Shown: positions 39,501 through 54,500, counted from the stretch's first letter. The stretch is DNA of 64,000 nucleotides from Catajapyx aquilonaris (GCA_000934665.2 KZ538050.1:1-64000), one strand, 5' to 3'. Numbers and translations are program-made. The notes: generated by a model from the sequence alone, not told the origin.

Positions 39501-42500
39501 AACCTTTCAGCCTTTCTTGTTCGTAGGGACGTATAGCTGGCAGGGGTGATTTAAGGCGAACTCGATTCCAGGTTGCAAGCAAAACATGGCAAATATTTAG
39601 CTTGTATGCGAGCTGGATTCGTGAATTGTTAATTTAAATAGTTAAAAGTGCCTCTTGAGACCGGAGGGGCGGGGTAGTTAGTTTGAACCGCTTGTGTATT
39701 TATTTCATAGGCGGACTTCCCCTGGGCTGTTCTTCCATAGCATATTGAACGTTTCCCCAGATATGGTATGCATTTGCACCCGAAATGCGAGATGTAAATT
39801 TTTTACGCGGAAAAGCCCCGAGACTCTGATAGTCACATTAATTTCATATGATCTTGATTCGCTAGGTGTTATGTCCATTGCACCAGAAATGTGGTAAAAG
39901 GTGCTTGCACATGGAATAGCTGGGAGTGCAAACTGCTATGCAATGCGCAACATTTCACAACCTTTTGTTGACTTACACCTTTTTATTCATAGACTAAATG
40001 TTATGGTTTACTAATTGTTGACAACAATGAATTACATTGGTACAATCACATATCCTTAACATATCCGTCCTGGTGCAACATGTCATAATATTCAGCTTTG
40101 CATTTAAATCCTGTGTGTTTTCACTCTACAACTGCAGTGGGATGTAAATTCATAATTAACGAAAATTACACGCCAGTGGAACTTGTTGAAAGTCTGTCCG
40201 TCGCTCTAGTTGTTTTTTGTAATAGTTATTATTTCGAATGGGTTCTGCCACATATGCCAATTACGGGATCATTGTGTGTAAATGAGCATTTTCTTTCCAA
40301 TTGAGCGTATTCGTATTGGTGCAATTCACAGGCTAATTCGACTTTATTTAGTAACATATGCATAGAATCAGCGCAAGTAAATGTACAGGCAAATATTATT
40401 ACAGCAAAACTTCACCGGCTTAGCAGTATTCCCTGTACTGTTGCTGTTTTGCAAAATGCCGGCGTGAACATGATAGGTCAAGCATTAAAAACCGGGTTAC
40501 ATGTTGCCTAAAAAATTTGTGTATCGAGGTGAAATAATTGATATGGCTAATGAAGTGAAACCAGGCACAGCGGCAAGCAATAATCCAATAGTAACAGATG
40601 AGGCAATACTACTTTAAAAAATAAATAATTCACCAGTTTTTGGTAGAAGCTGTGACCGCGTTTAATGATAATGATCAACAGATGGAAGGAGAATAAAATT
40701 GACCCGTTTTTTTCCCCTGCCATATAACATTTAATTAAACACATGGTATACACACTACGAGCAACTTCCAACAGTAGTTGTTGAGACGCTTTGCATATTT
40801 TCCACATGAACACTCCCGGATTGGAGAAGACCAAATGTACTTGAGCCCAGATAGGACCTAGACTCGACTTAGTACATGCTAGTGCTTTTCGCAAGACATT
40901 TTCCTCCAGGTTTCATCAGCAATGGCAGAGTTGTTGAAACGACGACGACGACGACCCCCCCCCTCCCTCCTTCCCTCTCCTCCTCCTCCTTAATTACTGA
41001 CACTTTGCTCCTTTGCCCGAGCAGGAGTGATACAAAACGGCGCCTAATGAAGCCATATTTCAGCGGGAATGCAGCGCCGTGCACACCCGCTTCAAAATTA
41101 AATATGTCACCCAACAAACCTAGCCGCAAATTTATGCTCGCTTTGTATTCAAACGCACAATGGGTTTGTCGATACGGTCAATAATTTATGAGACCTCTTC
41201 CCGTGATTTCGAATCAAGAGGGGNGGGGGGGGGTGAAAACCGCCTCCTACTTTCCCCAGCCACAAATTAATGCCAGGCAGATGAGCAAGGCCTTCTACAC
41301 ATTATTATCAGCCTCGATAATGGCTTCCAAAAGGAGATTGAAGCCCGGCTGCATGAGGAATGAAAGGCACGTTTGCACAATAGATTCACGTTGTGGGGGT
41401 AATCACGGTGGCGAATATGGATTTAACCCTCACCGCGTGTATGGGAAAAGAAGGCTGGAATTATGGCCAAGCCTCCGGATTAAGTGCCAATGATACATTC
41501 GACCCATTCATCACAGGCCGCTCTTAAGAAAGAAAGGTGAGGGCTAGATCCACAAAGTAAATCCAAAATAGCGCTTGACGCATGTTGTGCACTCTACAGC
41601 CTAGGATTTATGCCGCTAGTGTTGAATAAACAAAAGGATTTTTTTGGGGGGGCAACAGATGACAAAAGAGGCAGTGTTACTGCACTTTTCTATGCAACTC
41701 TTGTACCTGTACATGCTCGAATGAGCTATGCAGCTTTTCAAATATATGCAGTTTGTGCTGGCCTAACAGGTGCGGCTTGAATGCAATGCGAAATATATTT
41801 TTTTCTGTGGATATTCTTCCGGCACGTTAATGAAAGTGTGTCAGCCGGAATAGTGTGTGGGAGAAAGAGTTGTGAATATGCTACATAATTACACTGGGTG
41901 AGCTAAATGGTCAATCGATTTTTTAAATATAAAAAATCTGCACATAATGTTCAGCATTATTAGATGGAGCAATTACTTCCTTCGATTTTGCTAGGTAACG
42001 CGATACACCAGCGAGGAACTTAATATGTCGATTTTCAATTCAGTCTTGGGTGCCATTTTTGGGCAGAGAAAAAGAAGTGACAGGTCCGAGCAGAATTGGA
42101 ACGGAAAAAAAGAAACTTGCTAGGGTGGGTGGGGATCAGAGCTGCCAATGTGCAGGAAGGGGATTTTCTTGCAACATCCTTTGACTGCGGCTCAGGAATG
42201 GGGGGGGGGGNNNNNNNNNNNNNNNNNNNNNNNNNNNNNNNNNNNNNNNNNNNNNNNNNNNNNNNNNNNNNNNNNNNNNNNNNNNNNNNNNNNNNNNNNN
42301 NNNNNNNNNNNNNNNNNNNNNNNNNNNNNNNNNNNNNNNNNNNNNNNNNNNNNNNNNNNNNNNNNNNNNNNNNNNNNNNNNCGATGTTGTTACACCTCAA
42401 ATGAGCAAGTTTAAGCACATTTTCCTAACCAATCTGGGGCGATTCGGTGCTTGGATGCCTTTTCTTTCCACCCCCCCCCCCCCTGAAAACCATTACGTTG

Positions 42501-45500
42501 CAGGCATTGTCGCTGTTTTAAAACAAAGAGCTGATGGTTAGTCATTTCATTTGCATAATTTATTTAATATCCCCCCTTTCCTTGAATTGAGTTATCATTT
42601 TATGGGCCTTTATTTCCATGGGAAAATCTAATATGGGTGAATGAGTCACTTGCAGTTACGATTAAATGAGGCTGGATACAAATTGCGATGTTGGCAGTTT
42701 TAGGAAGATTATTACGATGTTATTTCCTACAATCAGTTTTCCATTATCGGTTCGGCCGGACATTTCGCTACCTCAGACCACCTTGTTCTATCTTCACTAT
42801 TGGTCCAAATAAGATTATCCTCATCTAATTATTCTGTATGCAAGGCTGAATCTGACAGTTCCGAGCTATACGACAAATATAATTCGTGCATAAATCATAG
42901 TGGAGAAAACGTCCCTTGCATGATCTTAGGGTGGGAAACAACGTACAGTATGTACGGTACGTATACGTATAGGCAGGTTTGATAAACTTTCATGAATATC
43001 ATCAGAGTCTGCTGTGGTCATCTTCCATATTTGCCACTGGCGCAGCTTGTAGAAAATGACACTGCGTTGATAGCTTTTCAGAGTTTGCGCTCGTTCAGCT
43101 TGCCAGTTTGACCAGTTGTGTGAAGGCTGAGGCTGGTACGAATCAGGAACAGCTTTTACACTATTTGGCTTTACAACTGATGATGCTGTCAGACCATATT
43201 ATGCAGTAAAACCGGTCTATAGCGCTCCCTTCCGTAAGTTTCCAAATACACTGGATCATCCAAAAGTTCCGCTGCGTCCAGGTGTTATAGACACATTTTC
43301 TGAGCCAGCAATCTGACATGATCGAGAATCTCCAATGTCCATATTTATTACGTCTTGCGCTCAATTTCTCAGGTTTGTGCTTCACCCTACGCGAATCACA
43401 GAACGCAGATTACACGTCAGACTTGAAGGATGATGAATCCCCTCATTTGGTGGCTGACATGACTGGTGACATCGTCATAAGATAAATCTGCCTACTTCCA
43501 GATATTCGACAACGGACCTCCCCAATCCCCCTTGTCAATCAGTCGGTATGAAAAAGAAGACGAAAAAAAAAGACATTCCTCGGAAGGAACCGAGATATTT
43601 CTGGATGACAGGCTGCCATGAGCAGATCTTTCGTCCGGGAGGCCGTTTCCACTGCGGAGGGTTGCACGGGGTGCCTGGCAAAGAGGTGTTATATTGACTA
43701 ATAGGATGCTGAGAGAGACGTTTTTATTGGAAAAATATCCCAAAGGCGCGTGGCAGAGCGGAATCCAATGCGGCCGTCAGAAGGCTCTCCGGGCCATCAT
43801 TTACCCATCGCCATGCAGTCTGCGTCACTTCCTGTCGCATCCTCCTAGGCACTTCACATTGTGGCCAGCCTTCTCCATCCATAGATTTTTGCATTCTTCC
43901 CTCCAATTTTGTGCACAAGCTATAGTCCCTAAAATCCGGTCAGACAACGTAAATTTGGTGTGAGTGCTATCATAGCAGTGCCAGTATCAGATTTGTCAGT
44001 TCTAAGCCAGCTAGGTAATGTAAGCCATCGAGAAAAAAAAAATTTGAGGACTATAGTCAAAGTCCCCTCGGCGTCTCCATTTCCTTGGGATCCGCTTGGC
44101 TCCCGGCCTACTTCAACAAGGCGGCCCTAAGTGGGGCTAATGGACCTCGAGGGGCTCAAAAGGTGGACCGTGTTCCCGCCCTTTTCCCGCCTATTCCCAC
44201 CGCCGATTGATTGATTCAAAAAAGTGGGGGGTGGAGTGTAGGGCCCGCAATTCGGTCTGATTCAAATTCCTCTAGGGGATTCCCAACAAGAAGGGTCTCG
44301 AAGGGAAATTTTTCCATCCTTCTAACGCCGTCAATGTCATATCTAGGGTGAGGAAGGTGGTAGATGTTATTTTTTTTTTCCTCTTTTCCTTAGAGTGGAG
44401 ATAGAAGGAACGGCAGGTGGGAGCCTTGGGCAGGTGGGGTTGAAGAGGATGGGCCAGAAAAATTTGCATTGGAAAAGAGAGAGAATAATTTAGCATTGCA
44501 GGGTCTTGGATATTGGACGGCTAGGATGGATAGAGTTGAAGGGAGGAGGAAGGACGGTTATAGATGCCAAAGGTTCGCTCCTTATGTTTGAGGGATGTGG
44601 GATCAGGTTCCAGGTTATGAAGCCTTGGGTTGGATAGGGAGGATTTAGGAGGCAGGACCGAAGAAGCCCGGTCACAGTGAGCCAGTCCGCTGGAAGCTGT
44701 GTTATAAGAGGAGGGTTTTTTTCTTCTTCATATTCGCAGATCAATCAGAGAGTAACATGTTGGCAATCTGTAGACCATCTATAGCCAACGGACTAATCTA
44801 CATACGTAATTGAAATGAATATTAAAGAAATTACCCAATTCGGAGTTTTTGATTTAGGGAGAGCGCGAGTAAATATTGGCCAACCAGAAGCTTTAATCAA
44901 AATATGCAAACAGAAGTTGCGTAGAACGGAGGAGGCGAAGCTAGTGTGCTGTACCGTATAGTGATTGGTTGCGGTTCTATGACTGAGCTACAGGAGCGCG
45001 ATGCCCGGGTGGCCGAAACTGCTGAATGGAAATCCAAGTAAAGCCCAAGCAGATGGAGCTGACATGAAAATGGGCCGATGCTACGTAAACCCAGGCAAAC
45101 TCTCGGATGAGATTTTTTTTTTTTTGCTCTTTCGCTTTCCTCTTTTTGCAATAATCCAAACAGTTCCGGAGAAAATTCCATTTACATTTTCCTCCCCGCG
45201 CACTTTTTTTTATACTTTGTGTGATTCCTGTCCCAACACTCTCCGTCTCTTACAACATTCGTTTGCTTTTCAATTCTCACACACCTCTAGAATGGGCTCA
45301 CCTTTTTCTCTCTCTCATCCTCTTTTTGAGCAAACTTTCATACATTAAAAGTGCGGGGGGGAGCTCTAGGTCTACAAACACAGTTGCTCTCCAGGCGGAG
45401 GTCAACTTGATCCAGAGGAGGCATTGATCCTGTAAACCTAACAGACCTAGATGCCAATTCACATGCTAATGTGTCTGCGAGGGGCCTAGCTTCTTGCAAG

Positions 45501-48500
45501 CCCCCCCCCAAAAAACTTGCGAGAGACTAGAAGGCTGGTGCAATTTTTTGACACGAGGAGGAGTGAAGAGGGGGGGGGGGGNGGGGGGGGGTAGGTGGTT
45601 GAATCTTTATAGCAGCGATCGAATGGTTAGGATGGAGGGAGTTGGGATGTGAGGGGGAAGGAGGAAGGACGACGCCATCTTTAACGCGGTGGGGGTGCGT
45701 TCGACTTTTACGAGCGCCATCGTAGGATTTTTTCCAAAGCTGCCACTTCTTCAGGGGGCGCCAAAACAGAACCCCGGGCATGTCATTATGGCTCCCAAGA
45801 TTCGAGCCCGGCTCGTCTAAAAACTACTCGTTTTTCTCAATCCTGGAGCCATCTGGTCTTTGACTTTTGATTGACTAACATTGATTCAGAACAAACTGAT
45901 TGTTGCCGATGTGCATTGAAATACCCAAAATGATCAGGATTTACATGTACTATCGGGTTCAAATACTTTTGGCCACTTGATCTTGTTCTTGAAGCAACCC
46001 TTCGCACAGACCCCGCGTTAAGGAGGTGTGTGTGTGTGAAGGGTTTCTTCAAGACCAGGATAAAGTGGCCAAAAGTATTTGAACCCGATAGTACAGTACT
46101 ATGGCCCAAACAAGGATTGTCGCGAGTTATCCTGGCTTGGATGCAACCCATTTCACAGGTGTGCATTGCGTTTGTCCACAAAGACAGCTAAGGAGGCTCC
46201 GATGCCGAGCAAAGCAGATAATGGACTGGGTCAGACAAGGGGTTAACCACTTCGGTACTCCGGTGTACACCTGCAGTGGTACTCCCAGGTACTCCTTAGG
46301 AACCTTACTCTGTGGTACTCCTTGAATTTGGTACTCCTTGGTAAGGAGTACCAAGGAGTACCAAATTCAGGAGTACCAAGGAGTACAATTGGGTACTCCA
46401 ATGTACTGTACACTTTACAGTCGAGTTGTTAACCCCTTGGGGTCGAATAAGCAACACACCTTTGTGCAATGGGTTGCATCCAAGCCAGGATGCGACAATC
46501 CTTGTTTGGGTGATAGTACTTAAAGACACGTAGCTACATGATGTGGAGAGATGTTTGGCAATAAAGGAGTGGATAAAAGGCCCCGAATGGCGATGGTGTG
46601 CAAGTAAGAAAAAAAAGTAGGGGGGAAAAAAAGTGGGGGCTCGGCTTAATTTGGCCTCATTTTGGCTCGGGGGCAAGGAGGCAGATTTGGAATTCAAGTA
46701 GTCCTTATCGTGGGGATGCATACTTATAGGATTCCATTCCTCTTCTTTGGTTAGAAGGAAAGGGAAAGGAGAGCAAGGAAAGGAAAAAAGAGCTGCAGGG
46801 AAATCGGTCCAAGACGTGCCCCTTTTCCTTTTTTTTCTCTCTCTCTCTCTCGTCCTCCTCCCCCTCCTCCCCCTACCCTCTTTCTTTTCTGCCGCTGCCT
46901 TACTCTCTTCTCTGGCTGTCGAAATTCGAGTGCAGGGCGCATGAAGAGAAGCCGAGTGGAACTGGCTGGAGGCACTCCAAAGTCCGGGGAAAACGGGGTC
47001 GACCTCCCCTTCCCTCCTCCCCCCCTCCCCCCGATACGGAGAACACTGCATATACTCAGAATGAGAACCGCTGCCTAATCTATGCCATCATTGGTCGGGT
47101 AGGATTGTATGAAAGCTGCGCCTCCGGAATGGAAATAAAGGACCTTGTTTTAGGCCCCTTTTGGGTGGCAAATGGATCGCTTTGCTGGACTAGCCCTCGG
47201 CGCAACATTGCCATCCAGCAGCACCCTCCTGGTTTTTGCTTGGATTTTCATGCTGCTTTTTAGACTGAGGTCATGCAGGAGGGTGGGGAAGAAAAGCCAA
47301 AAAGGGGGAGAGTTGACCGGATTTATTAACTTGGAGGCATGAATGTTGTGCGAGAGGCGTTACTTTAAGCATGAGCAGGAAAGGGGGTCCAAAAATTATT
47401 TCAATTGGTGCTTCTGGTGCCATGTGCTGGGTAGGAATTTTCAGGATTTTATACAGGGGAAGTAATTTGAAAGTGTGCGTGATTGACCTCTTCAGGTTAT
47501 CTCTCAGGGCCGTGATCGTCCTCTAATAATACACAGGTTCTGGACAACCCATTTGTTGAGACCAGCCTGCAGCCAGGCCGTTTCACTACTCTCTCACAAA
47601 AGCGAACTCCCCCGAGGTTCACACCCAGCAGACGCCACTGCCCTCTACTGAGGGGCGTCATAATTGAAGAGGCGGATTCCAAAGTTCCCTAAGTCAATTT
47701 TTGTTGTTTTGAGGAGTTTTTGTTGGCATCAATAACTTGGGTTTATATGGGATTTGAGAAAACGCTCTGATTTTTGCGATTGGAGTTACGGATATTTTTG
47801 GTGTGTTCTGACCTTGGGAGGAGATGGGGAGTACCATAAGCTACCGATAGATGTAATCAGCTCATTTTTCATGAAAATGGACTTCGGGGACTTTGGAATC
47901 CCCCTCTTAAATTTCAAACAATACTAAGAGGTAGTACCCAGTGTTAAGATGAGCTGTAACGGGAGGGGAAAAAAATGAAATGAGACAACCCGTTTGGAGG
48001 CTGGAATCTAAAAATAAAAGAGACCCTCTGTACAGTCATGTTTCCGTGCGATAATGGGATTTTCTGTGTCCGAATCGAATGAGTATTTGTCGAGCAAATT
48101 TGAATTGGCACGCGGCGTCACTCTTTTCCTCCCTTCCCAATCCCAGCTTTAATTCCAGCTGATTCTCCTGTGCTGAGCCTCCCGGATTTCCATGCGTTTG
48201 ATTTGTTGTTCATTCCGAAAATCTGCTGGCCTAGCTGGCAATAAGGGATACCTGGATTAGAGAGAGTGCGTTTTGCATATTTGCATTTTGGCGCAAATCC
48301 CGCAGGCCAGTTGCGACCGTTGATGCGTAGACGGTCAAACATCAGTATACCATCCCCTTACATATTCCCTGACTCATTTTCTCCTTCCCACTCCTCCCGC
48401 GCTCATTATAATTGGGCGGAAATTGTATGTTTATTCACTTCTCAAGTCCGAAAGCTAGCACCCTAGGCTCGTAGTTCCCAGGGCTTCTAGGGAGCCTTTC

Positions 48501-51500
48501 ATTATTAAATCTGGCGGTGGACTTTTCTCATGCTCCAGGTAACTTTGAAACTTTCACTCCTTTTTTTTATAAATATACCCATACCCCTCCAGTCTCAAGT
48601 TGCAAATTGCCTCAGCCCTCCGCATTTGTTAACTAACGCCCAGTCTAAAAGTGTTTTGAAGTTTAAGCATTCTTTCTCGTTCTCTGAAGTATAAGGGTTA
48701 GCAACAAAAAAAAGTAGACCGGGAGGAAAAAATATTGTAGCGCTCTCCACCCACGTCTTTTGCATCCTTTATTTATTTCAAACTTGCTGGTCGACCACAA
48801 AGAATGTGTCTCGAGCCATTTGATTCCTCCATCCGCAATTACTTACTGCTATTGCAGCAAAGAGGTGAATAATTGAATGCCACCGCGGAATCCCAGCCTT
48901 AATGCAATGTTAATGAGCCAAGGCTGTTTTCTCGCCTGGTGCAGTGCAGTCGGTATCGGGGGACGATGAACAGTGAGAAAATTGCCTCTGCAGGATCACT
49001 CTTCCTTCCCCAACCCATTCCCCAAACCCGCCTAACTTTTCATTTTCGCACTCAATCCGTCCGCGGTGTGCCCGCACCACTCTCGACAACATAACAAGAG
49101 CCAAACACTTAACTACGTTTTCCTATTTAATTTGTGATATCTCAGGACACACAAGATAGGCAGTTTTCCAATAGACGGTGTAGATGGTAGGTGGACATGG
49201 CAATAGGTGGAGGACATGTCCCATCAGTCTTTGAGACATCCGGATACAAGGCTACCATAGTGTATTATTGGACCACTAACACGGCTCTGAGTGACTGCAG
49301 GGTCAACAGAGATGACCTAGACATGCTTAATTTTAAAGTTAGGACTACCCAGGCACTGGCTACCAAACGTCGATTTGAAAAGATGGATACGTATCTGAAA
49401 AGAGCCCTGCCTGTTCCTTTTAGCCGTCAATTTAAAGACATGGAAGCGAATGGAAGCAATCACACTCTAACTGAAATCCAAGCCCAGCGACATGTCCAGG
49501 AAAATGAAGCATTGCACAAAAAATGGTACAGTAGTAGTAGTATAGGGCTCGAGTTCTTTTCCCTCCCCTTCCACTCACCATCTCCCTTCTTCCTTCCTTG
49601 AGTCGAGGACATGACTTCAATCTCATGCGGTCCCTTGTCCTGCCTTCCAACTCCTCAACTCTTTTCTCGCCTTGAAGGCGACGGCGAGTTAGCCTGCATC
49701 GATCGCTTTCCTGTCTTCGTCCACATTCTTTCGCCTTCCAATCCGAGCAAATCGCGGAGACCGGCAGCAAGAGAAAGAGAGAGAGAGAAAAAAAATATAT
49801 AGACTTCTCTCTCGAAAGCTCCCGAGCACTCAAATTAGACCCTAGGAATGGCCGGAGTGAAATAAAAGCTGGTACAATGGTTGGGATGTTGGAGAACTAG
49901 GCTCACTAGTTAAAATGATACGTGAGCTCAGAAGCAGGCTCATTCTGCTGATTGATACATTGTAGTGTGTTTTATACTGAATCCTGTGCAGTTGACAACG
50001 CCATTGGTACGCCTGCAATATCTTAGCTAGTTCTGAGCAGACTAATTGAGGCACTGCGCTGCTAGAAAGTGTTATTTGAAAGAAGGTTGATGCCATCTTA
50101 GAAAATCTGGTTGGGGTTTGTCGCTTACCCCCTGCTGTACAACTCAAATTAAGGCAAATATCCCCCACAATGTGAGAGCATATGAAGGAAAATTGATTAT
50201 GAATAAGCAGTCACAATGGAAAGTCCGACAAAATCTGTCCGTTATTTATAGCAAATTCTTGAAAGTATTTTTTTTTGCCTATTTCATTTGTACATGCACT
50301 TAGCACATTCACAGTATACTCTATTTCGGTACCTTTAGTATGGTCGCAATTACTGCAACAACTGTAACATTATAGTACAGTTTACTCCTCTGCCACGCGA
50401 GTTGTTAGAACTAAATCATATAATGCGTGTACCCATACGACAGCACTGAAACTTTCGTACACCTTGCACTCTGGCAGGGGAATGAAGGTAAGCTTGAGTG
50501 CCTTATTACTAAAACAGTAAGCATGTGCGATAATGGCATTAGATGGGCACTATAGAGCTGGCGAAGTACTATCTAGGTAGTGTTGAAAGAAAACGGCTGG
50601 ATCACACGACAAGCTCGGAAACAAAAGAGGAGGCTCCTCTCAGCCCCCCATCATTACGGCCCCTAAGGACTCGAAAGATTAGCACCGCTAATCTTCCGAT
50701 TTATTGCCTGGAAAGGGGAACTGCGAGGGCTGCTGAAGAGAAGGGAGACATGGTGGCAGGAAATCACTACAAATATCAATCGGTTAGTTTATGGTGCTGC
50801 TGAAATCAGATCCTGTGTTCATCCTGGCAGTTAGCTAACCTATGTGGCTCTCTTGTTTAACCGTACCATAGTTGGCAGGGGCATGGAGGAAGCACCACGG
50901 CGCGGCGACTCGAAGCAGCTCGAAGCAAGCTGTTTCAAGTGGCCGTGGTGGAAAACAAACCTAAATTCTGTTTGTCACTCATTATATCCCCGATTTTGTC
51001 TGGTCGTGGCGAAAACCTGTTGGAAGTGCGTTAATTTATTGTGGAACATGTCAGGCGGGGATTAAGCGGTGTAAACGTCCGGCTCATCTGGGCTCGGCGG
51101 GGCAACTCAGGTCCAAGCTCCCTGCCAGCGCTGGCACTTCATTAAGAAGCCCTTCAGGATAATTACGAGATGCGGATGAGGGTACTATATCACTTCCTTC
51201 CTCCGCGTCGGCGGGGGTAATTGCCCATGATCTATTACAATGGGGATCCGATGCCTACCATAGATAGCCTTCCTTTGTTATCGGTTATGATCGGACCTTT
51301 TTTCCCCACCCAAATAACAAAGTCCTCACCTTTAGGTTATGATGAAGGGTAGAAGTTTCCCGCTGACCAACTTGGATGCTATTAACTATTCCTGAAAACA
51401 AGTCCATGTATAGAAAGGGGTGGGTGTTACCGTTTTAGCGCGAATTTCCGCCGGACCACCTTGCTCCTTCCTCAGAAGTAATTTTCGCCCCGAGCACTGG

Positions 51501-54500
51501 CTTCTCCCGAAAACGGAGACTTTCTTAGCAAATTGGATCAGCGCTTCCATGGAGCCATTGAGGAACGCAGACTTGAACTTCTTTCAATTTTTAACAGCTT
51601 CCTCCCGGAGAAAAAGAGAGAGGAAAAAATAAAAGAATAGAGGGAGAGATGAAGAAGAGAGTGGGAATTTCTCGTGAAGGAGAATCCCACCGTGTATCTT
51701 TTTAAAATTGCTATTTACTTTCTCAATGAAGGAGGAAATGCGTTGACATTTAATAATGGATCTTCTTCACCGATGCTCTAGAGGATAACGACCTCGCTTC
51801 TAATCATGTCTGCTTGCTCTGATCGTACAAGTGATTTATTTTACCTTGCCTTTAGAGAGGTAGCTTGCTGCCGGCGAACAAAGTATCCTGCTCCCATGGG
51901 GTAACCGCTTTTCTCTATTTGTTTCAGTGCCGCCAACTATCAGGAGAGTGCCGGACGATGGTCAGATTGTCGTCAGGAAAGGATCAAGTGTGACTCTGGA
52001 GTGCAGGACATCCGGAAATCCAGTGCCAACCATCACCTGGACTCGCAAGGTAAAAAATACTATCATAAAATTCGGTAATACCATCAAAGAATCTGCTCTA
52101 AAGCGGCTTCACAGATTTGTAGCTAATCAGTAGGATTGCACTGGAGCAACACGTAACACTCCTCTGGGCTCAGGAACAATAGCGCCTGAGTGCATTAGAA
52201 TGCTCGAAAAAACCCGGCTGGCCTTTCTTGTGGAGTTGTGGCCACCACATTAAAGCTGCGGGGCTTTGCTTTCACTTTGACTTGATGTTGCCTGTGCAGG
52301 GTCCAGCTTCTTCTCGTCTCCCATGAGACGCGGCAAAAAAAATACCAGAGGGGAGTGGGCTGTTATCCAGTTGGGTATGCGCCCGCTTACATTGGCCAAG
52401 CGATAGTCAACGGGCGGAAAAGACTGTCTGGAGTGTTAGCCGAATAAAAGTGGTGTGTGGTAAAAAGGGGTTCTCACTCAGCCTATTCATATCAGGCGCA
52501 GGAAATAATCTCTGAGAAATATTGTCAGGAGGTGGTAGAGGAAAACTGCGCAGCCACCCCCCTTTTCAGATCAAGCACGTGAGTAAACTAAGGAGCAGCT
52601 CACGATTAAGTGACAAGCCATGTCTTTGGGGATGAGTAAGAAGCTGGTATCCCCTCCTCAACTGTCGACATGTTGGCGATACCCGTAGCATGAGGAGGCT
52701 ACCGATGATTTCCCGAAAAAGCTAGCTGAAGGAGGTAAGAGGCAAGGGTTAAGGCAAGCCCTGGAGGAATCAATAGTCCTTGTAAGAATTTCATGATGTC
52801 GTGCATGCTGTGGCAGCCTTCGTGTGTGACGATGTAAGCCGGATTCAGAGATAAAACGAGCACCACCGCCTCTTTAGGCCGTTGAGTTTGAATTTCTTTT
52901 TAGCTTCCGAATCCATTATTGTTGTTATGAGTACACGTGCTGATTCAGGGCAATAGACAGCTGTCGGGGACTATCAGTTTAGGCCTGAGGGACCTTGTAT
53001 TTCACTTGCATTGATGTTCTTGTCTGAACTGGACGTTGTGAGCTGTGAGAGACGGACGTAAATGCATTCAGGGACAAACCTCAGTCCTTTTTGTTGTGCG
53101 TGTCCAATGCCATATTATTTTGGTTCATGTATTTCCTTTGATCCCGGGCACGCAACGGAGAAAACTATTAACATTGGTGGAAAACACAGAGCGGAACGGG
53201 GGAGTTTCGTCCTCTGAACGAGCGCATGAAAAGGGAAATGTAATGTGCAGTACAAACTTGTGTTGCGTTACTACGGAAGCTCAGAGTAGGTTGTGCGAAC
53301 CTCACTCTTTGTAATCATTTGGCATGAAATGCCAATTGATTTAATGCTTCCCGCCCGAATGACCCTACAGTGAGTATGGGTCACATCCACACAAAAAATA
53401 CAGATACACCATCTGTATATTCAGAGTGAGCCAAGATTGCAACCTGATTTCTCTAAGAAATTATGGGTCGAGTTTTTAGGGCATTTGGGTGGGTCCAGGG
53501 TGGTAGGCGGAAGCGGCGGGGATGGATTGGTTCCCCCGATGATAGTGATCCAATGGCCGCGATCCTCGGGCTGACTACCAAAGCCAAAAGCCTGATTTAT
53601 TATGATAAGTGAGTCTTTTCCGGGCGGGCTTTCAGGAAGCGAGCAGCAGCGACCTTACCTCGGCCAATGCACGTCAGAGGCGAAACTTTACACGATTGAG
53701 GCGCATGAAGCCGAGCGACTAATCTGGCAGAGACGAATGCTTAAAAGCCTGTAAGGGGATCGTTAGAAAGAGGCTCACGTACGAGCATTTTTCCGTCCCA
53801 TCTGGACCCCTGAAGCCTGAACAGCCGGCCCCCAATTCCATGCGACTTGAGAGCCTTGAGAAAAGGAAACTTTCTTTTTTCCTCCACCTTTTTTCCCTTT
53901 TGCTGCCTGCCTGTCCCTGCCTACATTCGCTGCAACCTTTTTCTTCCGACACAGCCTGTTATTTCCGATTGGACCCAGTTGGGAACTGCCACGCTTTCCA
54001 AACTGCAGACTAGAGCGAACCCTTGCGCGGCTAATGATAAAACTGTGCAATGCTTGTTTTCCGGGCAGTTAGGCTTGGAGGAAAGGTGCCGAGATGTGAA
54101 ATCAGTGTCTGCCGCAACACATCCAATGTCTCGACCTTCTTTTTTTTGTACGCTCTTTGGCGTTCTTCTTTGGTTCTTCTTCAGTTCTTCTTGGTTCACT
54201 TTTTTTTCTCCTCAGGGCGCATTGCAACATTGGGCTTCCGGAACCCCAGGAAAGCCTTTTAATGGACTTTAATGTGTGCGTGAGATTCATGAGGAATGGC
54301 CCATTAATTTTCCATGCTCCCGCACCGTGGGGAAAGTGGAGAGAAAAACTTCTTTATTTTTTCCCCCCCTTCTTCTCACAGTACTGTAAGTTACATTTCT
54401 CTGCAACCGTCTTTTCTGGAACTGGGCCCTGCGAGTGCAGAAAAACCGAGGCTATACTTTTAAATGTTTGCTAAAAGATTAAACGTACAGCTCCAGTGCT

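Noticed and set aside
46305..47051. Longest ORF in the track (248 aa, minus strand)
   Set aside because: Runs through low-complexity CT-rich sequence and a MITE; no domain features
49191..49601. 136-aa intronic ORF with protein-like composition
   Set aside because: No recognisable family, GTG start and a low-complexity end; cannot be supported
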